Below are positions 1 to 8,813 of a stretch of 64,000 nucleotides of DNA, piece after piece. Within the stretch, counting starts at the first letter, position 1. The number at the start of each line of letters is the position of its first letter. The stretch spans positions 206,384 to 270,383 of IMG/VR virus record IMGVR_UViG_3300020165_000007. One strand, given 5' to 3'. The position numbers and the translations under genes are program-made. The notes under the pieces are model-generated. The model did not search any database. It was given only the letters and a program-made list of their open reading frames with translations, and had not been told where the DNA came from.

Positions 1-35
1 CACCCATACCTATTGATAAATTTATTGAAGATTTT

Positions 36-536
36 ATGGACGTTTTAAAAGGTAATAATGAATTAGATACTTGGGTTAACCTTCCTGGAGGTGGTGACGC
101 CGAGATATATAACTATACTTTTGAGATTAATCCTGAGGAGCGTATGGTAAGAATATATGGGGATTATAGTTACTATACCGAGGGTGAACAAAACAATAAT
201 GTATATGATGCTGACGTATTACCTGAAGAAATTATTGAATTTTTAAATAAATTAAGTGAGGAAGGTCACGGTGAATTGGAGGTAGATTTCCAAGGTTCAG
301 GTGATAGTGGTTGGCTAGAGGAAGATGGTAGAACAAGGAGAGATGACCATTATAAAATACCTGAGGTCGTAGAAAACTATTGTTATGAACTTTTAAAACA
401 ATATCCAGGTTGGGAAATTAATGAAGGTTCTCAAGGTAATTTTTATTTTGATTCCTCAAAAATGATAGTTTCTTTTGAATTCCAATATAATGAAGAGGTT
501 AGTGAGAGAGAATTAATGTATCAGTTCAAATATTAA
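36..536 (+). CDS. Acidic hypothetical phage protein (DUF6878-like)
   Basis: 166-aa ORF; VDFQGSGDSG and GWEINEGSQG motifs resemble DUF6878 as I recall it. Confidence 0.55.
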   Translation: MDVLKGNNELDTWVNLPGGGDAEIYNYTFEINPEERMVRIYGDYSYYTEGEQNNNVYDADVLPEEIIEFLNKLSEEGHGELEVDFQGSGDSGWLEEDGRTRRDDHYKIPEVVENYCYELLKQYPGWEINEGSQGNFYFDSSKMIVSFEFQYNEEVSERELMYQFKY

Positions 537-1570
537 TTACTTAATGGTGCCTTAATCGTTGGGTGTGATTCGTAGTTAATGATTTTATAATCAAACTCAC
601 CATTTAAAATGTCTTGTTCAATAAGATGAATCTTAGGTAATTTAAAAGGTTTTCTTTTAATTTGTTCTTTAGCCTGTTCTATATGGTTATTATATAAATG
701 AACATCACCTAAGTTACCAATCAAATCACCAGGGACCATACCAACTTCATCGGCAATAATTTCTAATAACATCGCATAAGACGCGATATTGAAAGGTAAT
801 CCTAAAAAGGTATCCACACTCCTTTGGTTCCACATAAGTGAAATCTCACGTCTTGGAATACCGTATACGTCCATATGTTCATGGAAGTAGTCATTAGAAC
901 GACTCATAGGATTTACCCCTTCATTATAAATGTCAATTCTCTCATCTAAATTCAATTCTCTTGTGTATACTTGAAAACCATAATGACATGGAGGTAATAC
1001 CATTTTATCAATATCACCTGGATTCCATGCGTTAACCATAAGTCTTCTTGAATCAGGATTATCTTTAACCTGCTCTATCAAATTCCTTATTTGGTCAACA
1101 GAAGACTTAACGTTTGGGAATCCCTCTTTATCGGTTAGTTGGTGGTCGTACTTATCCCACTTCTTCCATTGTTTACCGTAAACAGGGCCTAACTCCCCAT
1201 ACAAATCCGCAAAACTATCATCAGTTTTAATGTTTTCTATAAATTCTTCCATAGACACATAATCGACATCCGTTACTAATAAGTTCATGAGTTTATAATT
1301 CTTATAAGCATCTCCGTTCCATATCTTACAATTATTTTCAACTAAGTAACGAATATTTGTATCTCCTTTTAAAAACCATTTAAGTTCTGTCATAAGTGAT
1401 TTAATCGCCATCTTCTTAGTTGTAAGAAGAGGAAACCCATCTCTCATTTTATGACGTATAGAATAACCGAAGATTGACTTAGTACCTGTACCTGTTCTAT
1501 CTTTTTTTTCTACACCATATTCCAATATGGTCATCAAAAGTTCTTGATATTGTTTATCTAATTTATTCAT
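533..1570 (-). CDS. thyA: Thymidylate synthase ThyA
   Basis: DRTGTGT, LGPVYGKQW, DSRRLMVNAWN, LPPCH, QRSVDTFLGLPFN, GDVHLYNNH motifs. Confidence 0.97.
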   Translation of the reverse strand: MNKLDKQYQELLMTILEYGVEKKDRTGTGTKSIFGYSIRHKMRDGFPLLTTKKMAIKSLMTELKWFLKGDTNIRYLVENNCKIWNGDAYKNYKLMNLLVTDVDYVSMEEFIENIKTDDSFADLYGELGPVYGKQWKKWDKYDHQLTDKEGFPNVKSSVDQIRNLIEQVKDNPDSRRLMVNAWNPGDIDKMVLPPCHYGFQVYTRELNLDERIDIYNEGVNPMSRSNDYFHEHMDVYGIPRREISLMWNQRSVDTFLGLPFNIASYAMLLEIIADEVGMVPGDLIGNLGDVHLYNNHIEQAKEQIKRKPFKLPKIHLIEQDILNGEFDYKIINYESHPTIKAPLSN

Positions 1571-1803
1571 AAGATAGTATTATTAAAATCTTCTTTATTA
1601 ATCATAACGTACTCACCTCGATATTTTCCATACATTTCATAATCATATTCTTTGATTGATTCGAAATATTTTAAATTAAATTCTTTAACCAAAACGTAGT
1701 CGCTTTCATTACTAAATCTCATCCTAACTGTTTGTAATTCACTAATAGCGTGGTTTAACACTCTATCCAATGCGTCTTCCTCATCAAATTCTATTTCATC
1801 CAT
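1567..1803 (-). CDS. Hypothetical protein
   Basis: 78-aa ORF, ATGA-type overlap with thyA start. Confidence 0.7.
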   Translation of the reverse strand: MDEIEFDEEDALDRVLNHAISELQTVRMRFSNESDYVLVKEFNLKYFESIKEYDYEMYGKYRGEYVMINKEDFNNTIL

Positions 1804-1821
1804 AATGATGTATGTTAAAAT

Positions 1822-2073
1822 TTATTCATGATTAAATTCCAAAATAGTGTTACTAATCGGAACCCTTAGTAGAGGAGCGTTTTTTTCTGTTATATTTTGT
1901 TTTTGTAAAACTTCGTAATAATTTTCATGAGTTTTTATAGTCATTACATTTTCAAATGTACGAGTAATATGGTCATACGTGTATTCTAACGAATGATTTA
2001 ATGTATCAAATTTTAGTTCAATCATAATTGTATTGTTATTTTTTAGGGTATAAAAAACCTTTCCCCTAAACAT
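1822..2073 (-). CDS. Hypothetical protein
   Basis: 83-aa ORF packed in the minus-strand run; exact start uncertain. Confidence 0.65.
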   Translation of the reverse strand: MFRGKVFYTLKNNNTIMIELKFDTLNHSLEYTYDHITRTFENVMTIKTHENYYEVLQKQNITEKNAPLLRVPISNTILEFNHE

Positions 2074-2110
2074 AAGGAAAAGGTTTTAATTTTTCAAGTT
2101 TATAATTATT

Positions 2111-2407
2111 TTAGTTGCCTATAACTAAATCATTAAAATCTAATTTATCCATTCCTCCTACCTCACCCTCTATCTCATCGTACATAAAAGCCTTAACAAC
2201 CGCAACTATAGATTGTTCTGACTGTGCAATTTTAGACTCCATCCAATCCTCTAACTGTTCACCGTCTTCCATCGTTTCCCACATCTTATAAGCTAAAGTT
2301 GCTATGGTAAACATTTGTTGTTTGGCCATATACGACCCATCTTTATTCTCTTTGAGGTTCTCTTTTAATTTTTTAAGTTGTTGTTCTGTAATAACTATAT
2401 TACTCAT
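2111..2407 (-). CDS. Putative head-associated protein with (I/L)xE-type N-terminal leader
   Basis: MSNIVITEQQLKKLKENLKE leader; GSYMAKQQ...LEDWMESKIAQ domain resembles small proteins of T4-like phages (from memory). Confidence 0.55.
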   Translation of the reverse strand: MSNIVITEQQLKKLKENLKENKDGSYMAKQQMFTIATLAYKMWETMEDGEQLEDWMESKIAQSEQSIVAVVKAFMYDEIEGEVGGMDKLDFNDLVIGN

Positions 2408-2529
2408 GTCTTATTGTTTTATATTTTATAAGTATCCCGTATAACGGGTTATTCTATTATACCTACCGTTATTCTTTGTATTTCTTCTTCCATAATAGTA
2501 TAAATATTATTATTTTTTTAATCCTTAAA

Positions 2530-2739
2530 CTATTTAATTTTTGACTTATTTTCAATTGATTTAACCCACTTACCCAGTTTAGTTATCTCTTTATTAAATT
2601 CAATGAATGTTCTTTTTACTTCATTAATATAGTTGACATTTTTTTTAACTTCCGTTTTAACCACACCAACAATATAACCTATTAAAAATATAGATATTGC
2701 GATTAAAATAAAACCAAGAATTTTTAAAATTAGAATCAT
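2530..2739 (-). CDS. Small single-TM membrane protein
   Basis: Hydrophobic N-terminal ~25 aa followed by a basic tail. Confidence 0.65.
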   Translation of the reverse strand: MILILKILGFILIAISIFLIGYIVGVVKTEVKKNVNYINEVKRTFIEFNKEITKLGKWVKSIENKSKIK

Positions 2740-2758
2740 GTTTTAAAATTATAGATGT

Positions 2759-3166
2759 TTATTCAATATTCTCATATTGTTCACAATATTTGTACTTACC
2801 GTTATTACTTCTAACCCTTATTTTAATATAATAATCGCGGTTTTCTTTTGTTTCCCCAATTAATTTTAATACTCCATTTGGTATTATATGTGCCTCCCAC
2901 CACCCTGGGTCTATGTTATAATAAAACCATAAATCATCACAACTAATATACTCTTTATCAGTGTTTAAATACATAGTAATATCTAATAATTTACTCATGT
3001 CAGGTGATGACCACCTATCTTTAGTCTCTGTACTTTTCGATATTTCTTTCAATTCCACATTAAACCTATCAATATCAGAATCTCCTTCTTTATTTTTACC
3101 TAAGTAATTTAAATACGTTGGTGTATTTAATATTTTTTCAACTAATTGAGCTTTTTCTACCTCCAT
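2759..3166 (-). CDS. Hypothetical protein (start corrected to MEVEKAQL, 135 aa)
   Basis: The track's 5' extension runs through the upstream terminator (3205-3233); ATG at 3166 is preceded by TATTTAT motifs at 3171-3177 and 3188-3194. Confidence 0.7.
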   Translation of the reverse strand: MEVEKAQLVEKILNTPTYLNYLGKNKEGDSDIDRFNVELKEISKSTETKDRWSSPDMSKLLDITMYLNTDKEYISCDDLWFYYNIDPGWWEAHIIPNGVLKLIGETKENRDYYIKIRVRSNNGKYKYCEQYENIE

Positions 3167-3204
3167 AATAATAAATATAACATGTTGATAAATATAAGTT
3201 AAAT

Positions 3205-3233
3205 AAAAAAGGTGGAGAGTTTCCTCCCCACCT
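3205..3233 (-). terminator. Intrinsic terminator
   Basis: Minus strand AGGTGGGGAG-GAAA-CTCTCCACCT followed by a T run. Confidence 0.8.
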
Positions 3234-3281
3234 GTAAGGCCGACTTGGATGTCGAACTCCACCACTCGTTTCACAACGAGA

Positions 3282-3545
3282 TTAACTAACCCCCTCTTTC
3301 ATTTTAGTAACTGCGTACTGTCCGAGAGTCATGGAAGATGTGTTTCCTACAATCACACATTCCTTTAGAATATCATAAGGGATGTGAATAAGATTGTCAA
3401 CCCCGTTGAACATAGAAAGTGGATTTTTCAGAGCCAAAGCTGAGTGAACCGCATTAAGATAGATTTTGTGTTGGTTTTGTTCGTTATCAAACTCTTGATT
3501 CAACAACTGTCCAAACTGTGGGTGAATAATGACTACGTTTTTCAT
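3282..3545 (-). CDS. Hypothetical protein
   Basis: 87-aa ORF with TATATTTG at 3550-3557 just upstream. Confidence 0.7.
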   Translation of the reverse strand: MKNVVIIHPQFGQLLNQEFDNEQNQHKIYLNAVHSALALKNPLSMFNGVDNLIHIPYDILKECVIVGNTSSMTLGQYAVTKMKEGVS

Positions 3546-3563
3546 ATCACAAATATAAGAAAA

Positions 3564-3818
3564 TTAATTCATACAAACAAGTAATTCGTCCCTAATATCT
3601 GTTAATTCTTCGATAGTACAGTCTTCAAACAAATATTCATATTCTTCAGGTACCTCATCCACAAACAACTCATGTATTGGGTTATGTTTGATGTAATTGT
3701 TTAGGTGATGTAGAAAAAATGTATTGTCTTTTAAGTCACATTCGATTGATTGCCACCTCATAGGTTCGTTATGAATCATATTATCAAATAGGTTGAATGA
3801 GATTTCGTTATTTTCCAT
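3564..3818 (-). CDS. Hypothetical protein
   Basis: 84-aa ORF with TATATTTG at 3823-3830 just upstream. Confidence 0.7.
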   Translation of the reverse strand: MENNEISFNLFDNMIHNEPMRWQSIECDLKDNTFFLHHLNNYIKHNPIHELFVDEVPEEYEYLFEDCTIEELTDIRDELLVCMN

Positions 3819-3874
3819 ATGTCAAATATATACATTTATTACGATGTATCCTATTTTTTTAAAAAAAAAGTTAC

Positions 3875-4807
3875 ATGAGAATTATAGTTACAGGAGGATT
3901 AGGTTTTATAGGTTCTAATTTTGTTAATCTATTGAATGAGAGATTACCAAAAATCGAAGTAGTAATTTTAGATAAGATGACCTACGCAGCAGACCCAAAT
4001 AGTATTATTAAGAATAATAAATTAATTAAAAAAGATATTTGTGATGTCACACCTGAAGATTTAGGTGTATATGATTATATTGTTCATTTTGCCGCTGAAA
4101 GTCATGTAGATAATTCAATATCAGATGGTAGACCTTTTATGAACACGAACATTATTGGAACATTTAACTTAGTTGAATGTGCAAAACAAAATAAATCTTT
4201 GAAAAAGTTTATTCACATATCCACTGATGAGGTATACGGTGATATGGCAGATTCTGAATGGTTAAGTTCGAATGAGGACCACAACTTATCCCCAAGTTCT
4301 TATTACTCATCATCTAAAGCATCTTCAGACATGATTGTGTTGTCGTCTCACAGAACATTTGGTTTACCTTACCTTTTGACAAGAACTTGTAACAACTATG
4401 GTGAAAACCAAAATAAAGAGAAGTTTTTACCTAAAATTTTTGATTCTATAATTAACGAAAAAACAGTTCCTGTTTACGGTGATGGAAAACAGATTAGAGA
4501 GTGGATGTATGTTAAAGATAATGTTGAAGTAATCTTTGACTTGATGATGGATGATAAAGTCGTAAATGAAGTATACAATATTGGTACTGACAATACTTTC
4601 TATAATTTAGAATTAGTTAAAAAGATATCTGAAATTATCGGTAAAGACGTAACATTTGAATTTGTTACTGACCGTTTAGGTCACGATAGAAAATACAATT
4701 TAGATTGTACGAAACTTAAAGAATACTACAAGTCAAAGGGTAAAGAGTACCAACCAAAAGATATTATTGATTGGATGAATCAGTTCCTCCTTGAAGAAGT
4801 GGTATAA
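3875..4807 (+). CDS. rfbB: dTDP-glucose 4,6-dehydratase (RfbB/RmlB-like extended SDR)
   Basis: GGLGFIG, HFAAESHVD, ISTDEVYG, YSSSK, NNYG, DRLGHDRKY motifs. Confidence 0.92.
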   Translation: MRIIVTGGLGFIGSNFVNLLNERLPKIEVVILDKMTYAADPNSIIKNNKLIKKDICDVTPEDLGVYDYIVHFAAESHVDNSISDGRPFMNTNIIGTFNLVECAKQNKSLKKFIHISTDEVYGDMADSEWLSSNEDHNLSPSSYYSSSKASSDMIVLSSHRTFGLPYLLTRTCNNYGENQNKEKFLPKIFDSIINEKTVPVYGDGKQIREWMYVKDNVEVIFDLMMDDKVVNEVYNIGTDNTFYNLELVKKISEIIGKDVTFEFVTDRLGHDRKYNLDCTKLKEYYKSKGKEYQPKDIIDWMNQFLLEEVV

Positions 4808-5144
4808 GTATATTTAAGTACTTCTTTTCTTCTGTTCTATTCAATACATAGGACATGTCAAAGTCTATACCTAGTCTTTCTTTTATACTGTTTTCTAAGT
4901 ACTCCTGCATTTCAGGTGATTGTTCATAACCATAAAGAATAAGATTAGAAACTGATGGGAGTACTTTTAAATCAATAAAATCCAGTATATTTCTAACAAT
5001 TATAAAGTAAGGTTTACCATTCTTATGTAATACCGCAGTATCGTAGAGAAAACCTGGTAGGGTTCTATCTTCTAACTCTTGAAATTTGAGTCCATCGACA
5101 ATATTGTCTATTTGTTTCTTTAATACATCAGGTAGAGTACTCAT
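4764..5144 (-). CDS. Hypothetical protein
   Basis: 126-aa ORF, ATGA overlap with upstream gene. Confidence 0.7.
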   Translation of the reverse strand: MSTLPDVLKKQIDNIVDGLKFQELEDRTLPGFLYDTAVLHKNGKPYFIIVRNILDFIDLKVLPSVSNLILYGYEQSPEMQEYLENSIKERLGIDFDMSYVLNRTEEKKYLNILIPLLQGGTDSSNQ

Positions 5145-6055
5145 TTTTTTAATTTTTTTAAGTTAATAGGTACTACATTTCCTTTATCTAAATACATTAA
5201 TATATCCACTGATTTATAACTACCATTCAAATATCTTTTAATGAAATCTTCTTTTTGACCTACACCAGTTTTTACCTGTACAGTATATAGTTTTCCTTTA
5301 AATTCTACTATTAAGTCGATACCTAATTTCATATCTATAAAATCACCATCCCCGCCTTGTCTTACAACTGTACCTCCCCACTTATCACTTTCAATCCACT
5401 TTACCGCTTTATTTTCAGTCGCTAAACCTATTCTATCCGTAACCCCTAATTTTTTATCTGCTATATCTATTAAGTTATGCCCATCAAACATATTACCAAA
5501 CTCATCTTGGATATCATTTTTATATTTTTTTAAGATGTCTTTTAATCGGGTCGGGTTATTTTCCTCAGAAATTTGTTGTAAGATATCATTTCTACCTTGT
5601 TCAAATAAAATGTCAGTAACCAACTCAGAAAGTAAGGTATAATTTGTGTTTATCTTATTTGAGTGGTGCCACCTTCCGTTAACTTCAACTCTTTTAAAAT
5701 TTTCTAACTCTTCTAAGAGTTTATTGTAATACCAAGAATTTATTTTATTAGCATTTTTTAACTTAAGTAACCATTCTTTTGAGTTTTCCTTTTCCTCGTT
5801 ACTCATAGGTGATTTTATTTCATCCTGAATGTCGTTAACCAATTTTTTAAGACCTAATCCATTATCACTATGTAAAAATGCTCTTAAATTATTAATTTTT
5901 TTTCGTATCTCTGACTTATTAAAACTCACGGGCTCGTTATTGGGTATACCGTCCATATTTGGTATACCGTCATAGTTGTCCCCCCGCGGGTGCATTGGGT
6001 CATTGGGTCCGATAAGGTCTTGTTCTCTTAATATTTTACGTATAAGTTCTTTCAT
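5141..6055 (-). CDS. PD-(D/E)XK-superfamily nuclease-like protein with MKELIRKILRE leader
   Basis: C-terminal E..AVKW, D..LGIDLIV..TVQVKT pattern typical of restriction-endonuclease fold. Confidence 0.6.
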   Translation of the reverse strand: MKELIRKILREQDLIGPNDPMHPRGDNYDGIPNMDGIPNNEPVSFNKSEIRKKINNLRAFLHSDNGLGLKKLVNDIQDEIKSPMSNEEKENSKEWLLKLKNANKINSWYYNKLLEELENFKRVEVNGRWHHSNKINTNYTLLSELVTDILFEQGRNDILQQISEENNPTRLKDILKKYKNDIQDEFGNMFDGHNLIDIADKKLGVTDRIGLATENKAVKWIESDKWGGTVVRQGGDGDFIDMKLGIDLIVEFKGKLYTVQVKTGVGQKEDFIKRYLNGSYKSVDILMYLDKGNVVPINLKKLKK

Positions 6056-6093
6056 ACTTCAGGTAATTTCATGTTATTGTTTTTATCTATTAC

Positions 6094-6765
6094 TTATGAC
6101 CCATATAATCTCCATGCATTTCTATAGTTGTGGTCCATACCAGTCATATACAATCCGTACTTATCGATTATATCTAAAAAAGATTCTTTTGCTGCCATCC
6201 CTATTTCAGTAGTTACTTCATACAAATCATCTTGATGAATATCGTGGTCAATCATAAATAGTTCGTCAAAGTCCCATCTAGTATCATCATCTCTATCTAA
6301 AAATTGTACTGAACCGTTAGTTATGCGGACCTTCATACCTAATTCAGTACCATATGGATTTTCATCAGGGTTACCTTCCGTCCTACTGATAATCCCAATA
6401 GATAAAGGTGTCACATCCATTTCATATCCTCCTGAAGATATATGTCTTTTTTTACCTATACCTATTTCTTTTTTGGCTAATTCAAGTGCTTTATCATATC
6501 CACCATAGAATTTTATTTTCAGTTTGTCAATCTCCTCTTCGTATTCTAAACAATTTATACCAATATATCTACAGGGTGTTAGTTCTGTACCATTTTTACT
6601 CCAATAGTCAAATAAGAATTCTTCTACTTGAGGACTTAGTTCCTTTTTTTTAGGTGCTCCTTGCCAACCTTCACTCATTTCATACTCATCACTTTTAGGT
6701 GAAGCGTCAGTAACATGTGAATACTCTAAGTCTTCTCTCAATATTTTACGTATAAGTTCTTTCAT
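6094..6765 (-). CDS. Hypothetical protein with MKELIRKILRE leader
   Basis: 223-aa ORF; first 11 codons nearly identical to those of 5141..6055; TATTTAT at 6775-6781. Confidence 0.8.
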   Translation of the reverse strand: MKELIRKILREDLEYSHVTDASPKSDEYEMSEGWQGAPKKKELSPQVEEFLFDYWSKNGTELTPCRYIGINCLEYEEEIDKLKIKFYGGYDKALELAKKEIGIGKKRHISSGGYEMDVTPLSIGIISRTEGNPDENPYGTELGMKVRITNGSVQFLDRDDDTRWDFDELFMIDHDIHQDDLYEVTTEIGMAAKESFLDIIDKYGLYMTGMDHNYRNAWRLYGS

Positions 6766-6791
6766 AGTATGTTAATAAATATCGTTAAAGT

Positions 6792-6825
6792 AAAAAAACC
6801 TCAGTCGACTAAGACTGAGGTTTTT
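6792..6825. terminator. Bidirectional intrinsic terminator closing the ncRNA candidate
   Basis: AAAAACCTCAGTC-GACTAA-GACTGAGGTTTTT perfect hairpin flanked by A and T runs. Confidence 0.9.
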
Positions 6826-7680
6826 AATGTTATATATATTGGGGTAGGGAATTAAAGGACGCTGAGATTACACGTTTGAATGACTCGTCTTTTGTGGGAT
6901 TATTATTACTTTTTCCCCACTTATCCACCCCATTGACAGGGGTATCGAATCAGTGTCGGTTACTATCGGTAACCACTCGTATCGTTGATAACTACTCAAC
7001 CGTTACTAAAATCTCTTAAGACTTGCGGTCTCATAAAGGGTCGGCCAACCCACGAGTTGTTTCACAATCGACATCCTTAGACTTGCGGTCTGAAGGAAAA
7101 CTTCGTTGACAAAGGTCCGAAGTATTAGACACCTTTCGTCATCAACGCTCGAAGACTCTTGCTTTTCTAATTGATTTTAGATAAACAACATGGATTTATG
7201 AAAGATGCGCTTCGAGAGAAGTTCTATACCTTTGGAGTACAGAATGCTTCACACCTCTCTGTAAGTCTGTCAACTTACGGTAAGTTAGGACCACGTCGAC
7301 TTGTCGTCTCGGAGACCCCTCATACTGGTACTCAGCCCTACAACACCTGACAGGGTGTGTCGAACCGTCACCTGTAGCTTTTCCTATTGATATCACTATC
7401 TCAACTCTGATATTCCACGGACTCAGAGTGGTTTCATCCCTTTAGCAGTTGCCCTTAGGGTTTTGACCGTAGCCACTTTGTTTAGTTGTCAGAGTAAACT
7501 CTGCGGATATCTGAGAGTTGCTCAACACTCTTCAATCCCTTTAGTCCTGTTACCAGGGTTATCTAACGACGCTAAACCGCCGATGACTAATAACTCACTG
7601 TGATTTTAAAAAAAGGGGGTTAATCTTTTTTGATATAAACTCGATTCAGTGAGTGTTCGTCATTATTATTTCAAAGAACT
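6826..7680 (-). ncRNA. Large structured ncRNA candidate (~850 nt; GOLLD size class, family unconfirmed)
   Basis: No credible ORF over ~1 kb in a gene-dense genome; GC-richer than flanks; many hairpins; TAnnTTTG promoter upstream and terminator downstream. Confidence 0.75.
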
Positions 7681-7684
7681 TCTA

Positions 7685-7692
7685 CAAAGATA
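7685..7692 (-). promoter_or_regulatory. Bacteroidota sigma70 -7 element (TATCTTTG) for the ncRNA
   Basis: Exact TAnnTTTG match just upstream of the structured region; second match TATATTTG at 7779-7786. Confidence 0.7.
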
Positions 7693-7822
7693 AGAAACTT
7701 TTTTCTTAATCTCCAATTTTTTTTTACTTTTTTTTAAAAGGTAATATATAAATATACTGTTTTGTCTAAAAGGTTGTACAAATATATAAAAAATCTTTCA
7801 TATATCAATCAAAAACACCATA

Positions 7823-8035
7823 TTATTTAGAATACTGTTTATAATTACTATTTAATGTATCTAAATTACCCTCAGCAGTAGCAAGTTTTTCTATTAATTT
7901 ATCCATTTCTTCAATAATACCTGGATGTTCTCCAATACCCGTGGGATTGTTAAAGTAAATTTCTAATGTAGCTAAACACTCTAACTTGTCAGCCTCATAC
8001 TTAGACTTTAATGCTTTGTAAATATAGTTTTTCAT
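7823..8035 (-). CDS. Small conserved-type phage protein
   Basis: 70-aa ORF (YFNNPTGIGEHPGIIEEMDK), ATGA overlap with NUDIX gene. Confidence 0.75.
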   Translation of the reverse strand: MKNYIYKALKSKYEADKLECLATLEIYFNNPTGIGEHPGIIEEMDKLIEKLATAEGNLDTLNSNYKQYSK

Positions 8036-8439
8036 TTTAAAATTATGTTTAATAGTTTATTAAGTTGTTTCGTCATTGGTTCCGGTAATTCGTCTTTACC
8101 GAAGTATCCACATTCACTGTGTTCATCACCATCTATAGCGTTATCCAAGTCAGGATATATAGGTTCTTCTGTATCTAAAAGATGACAATACATCACTCCC
8201 TTTAAAATTTCTCCGTCTCTTGTGTACCTTTTTATTGCACCAATAAATTCGACATTACCGTAGATAGGTAAATCTGTTTCTTCAATAAATTCCCTAACCG
8301 CAGCTTCTCTCGGTGTCTCTCCTTGCTCCATTTTCCCGCCAGGACAAGACCAAAAACCTGGTAATGTTCCTTCATTGTTTCTTTTACATAGTAAAACTTT
8401 ATTTTCATGTCTCACTATTATTCCAGCATATTTCTTCAT
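8032..8439 (-). CDS. NUDIX hydrolase
   Basis: Nudix box GGKMEQGETPREAAVREFIEET. Confidence 0.93.
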   Translation of the reverse strand: MKKYAGIIVRHENKVLLCKRNNEGTLPGFWSCPGGKMEQGETPREAAVREFIEETDLPIYGNVEFIGAIKRYTRDGEILKGVMYCHLLDTEEPIYPDLDNAIDGDEHSECGYFGKDELPEPMTKQLNKLLNIILK

Positions 8440-8456
8440 GTATAATATTTATGTAT

Positions 8457-8813
8457 ATGAAGGTAATGATAAATAATAACATTTTTAAAGTCAAATTATG
8501 TACGAGACAAAAATCGATAGAGGAGGGAATGCAAAATAAAAACTTTAACGAATCTTTTAATGGAATGTTATTTATGATGCCAAAAACTACCGAACAAAGT
8601 TTTTGGACGTATAACTGTATTATTCCTTTAGATATATTAATGATTAATAGAGGCGAAATAAATGAGGTACATCATAACTGCAAACCTTGTCACAAACAAT
8701 CACAATGTGATTCATATAAAGGTTACGGTGGTGAAGTATTAGAATTACCTGGAGGTACTTGTAAAAGTTTAGACATTAAAAAAGGAGACTCAGTCTCCTT
8801 TTCTTTAGTTTGA
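8457..8813 (+). CDS. DUF192 family protein (start corrected to MKVMINNN)
   Basis: GMLFM, SFWTYNCIIPLDILMI, VLELPGG motifs; track's longer start overlaps the NUDIX gene; TATTTAT at 8446-8452. Confidence 0.85.
   Translation: MKVMINNNIFKVKLCTRQKSIEEGMQNKNFNESFNGMLFMMPKTTEQSFWTYNCIIPLDILMINRGEINEVHHNCKPCHKQSQCDSYKGYGGEVLELPGGTCKSLDIKKGDSVSFSLV

Noticed and set aside
5976-6653. Plus-strand ORFs 5976..6212, 6323..6508 and 6408..6653
   Set aside because: Antisense shadows of genuine minus-strand genes.
7196-7396. 66-aa ORF inside the structured region
   Set aside because: Atypical composition, no translation context, embedded in hairpins; better explained as ncRNA sequence.
6766-7822. Group I/II intron or mobile element interpretation of the 1-kb gap
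   Set aside because: Both flanking genes have complete starts and stops; no maturase, homing nuclease or terminal repeats; it has its own promoter and terminator.
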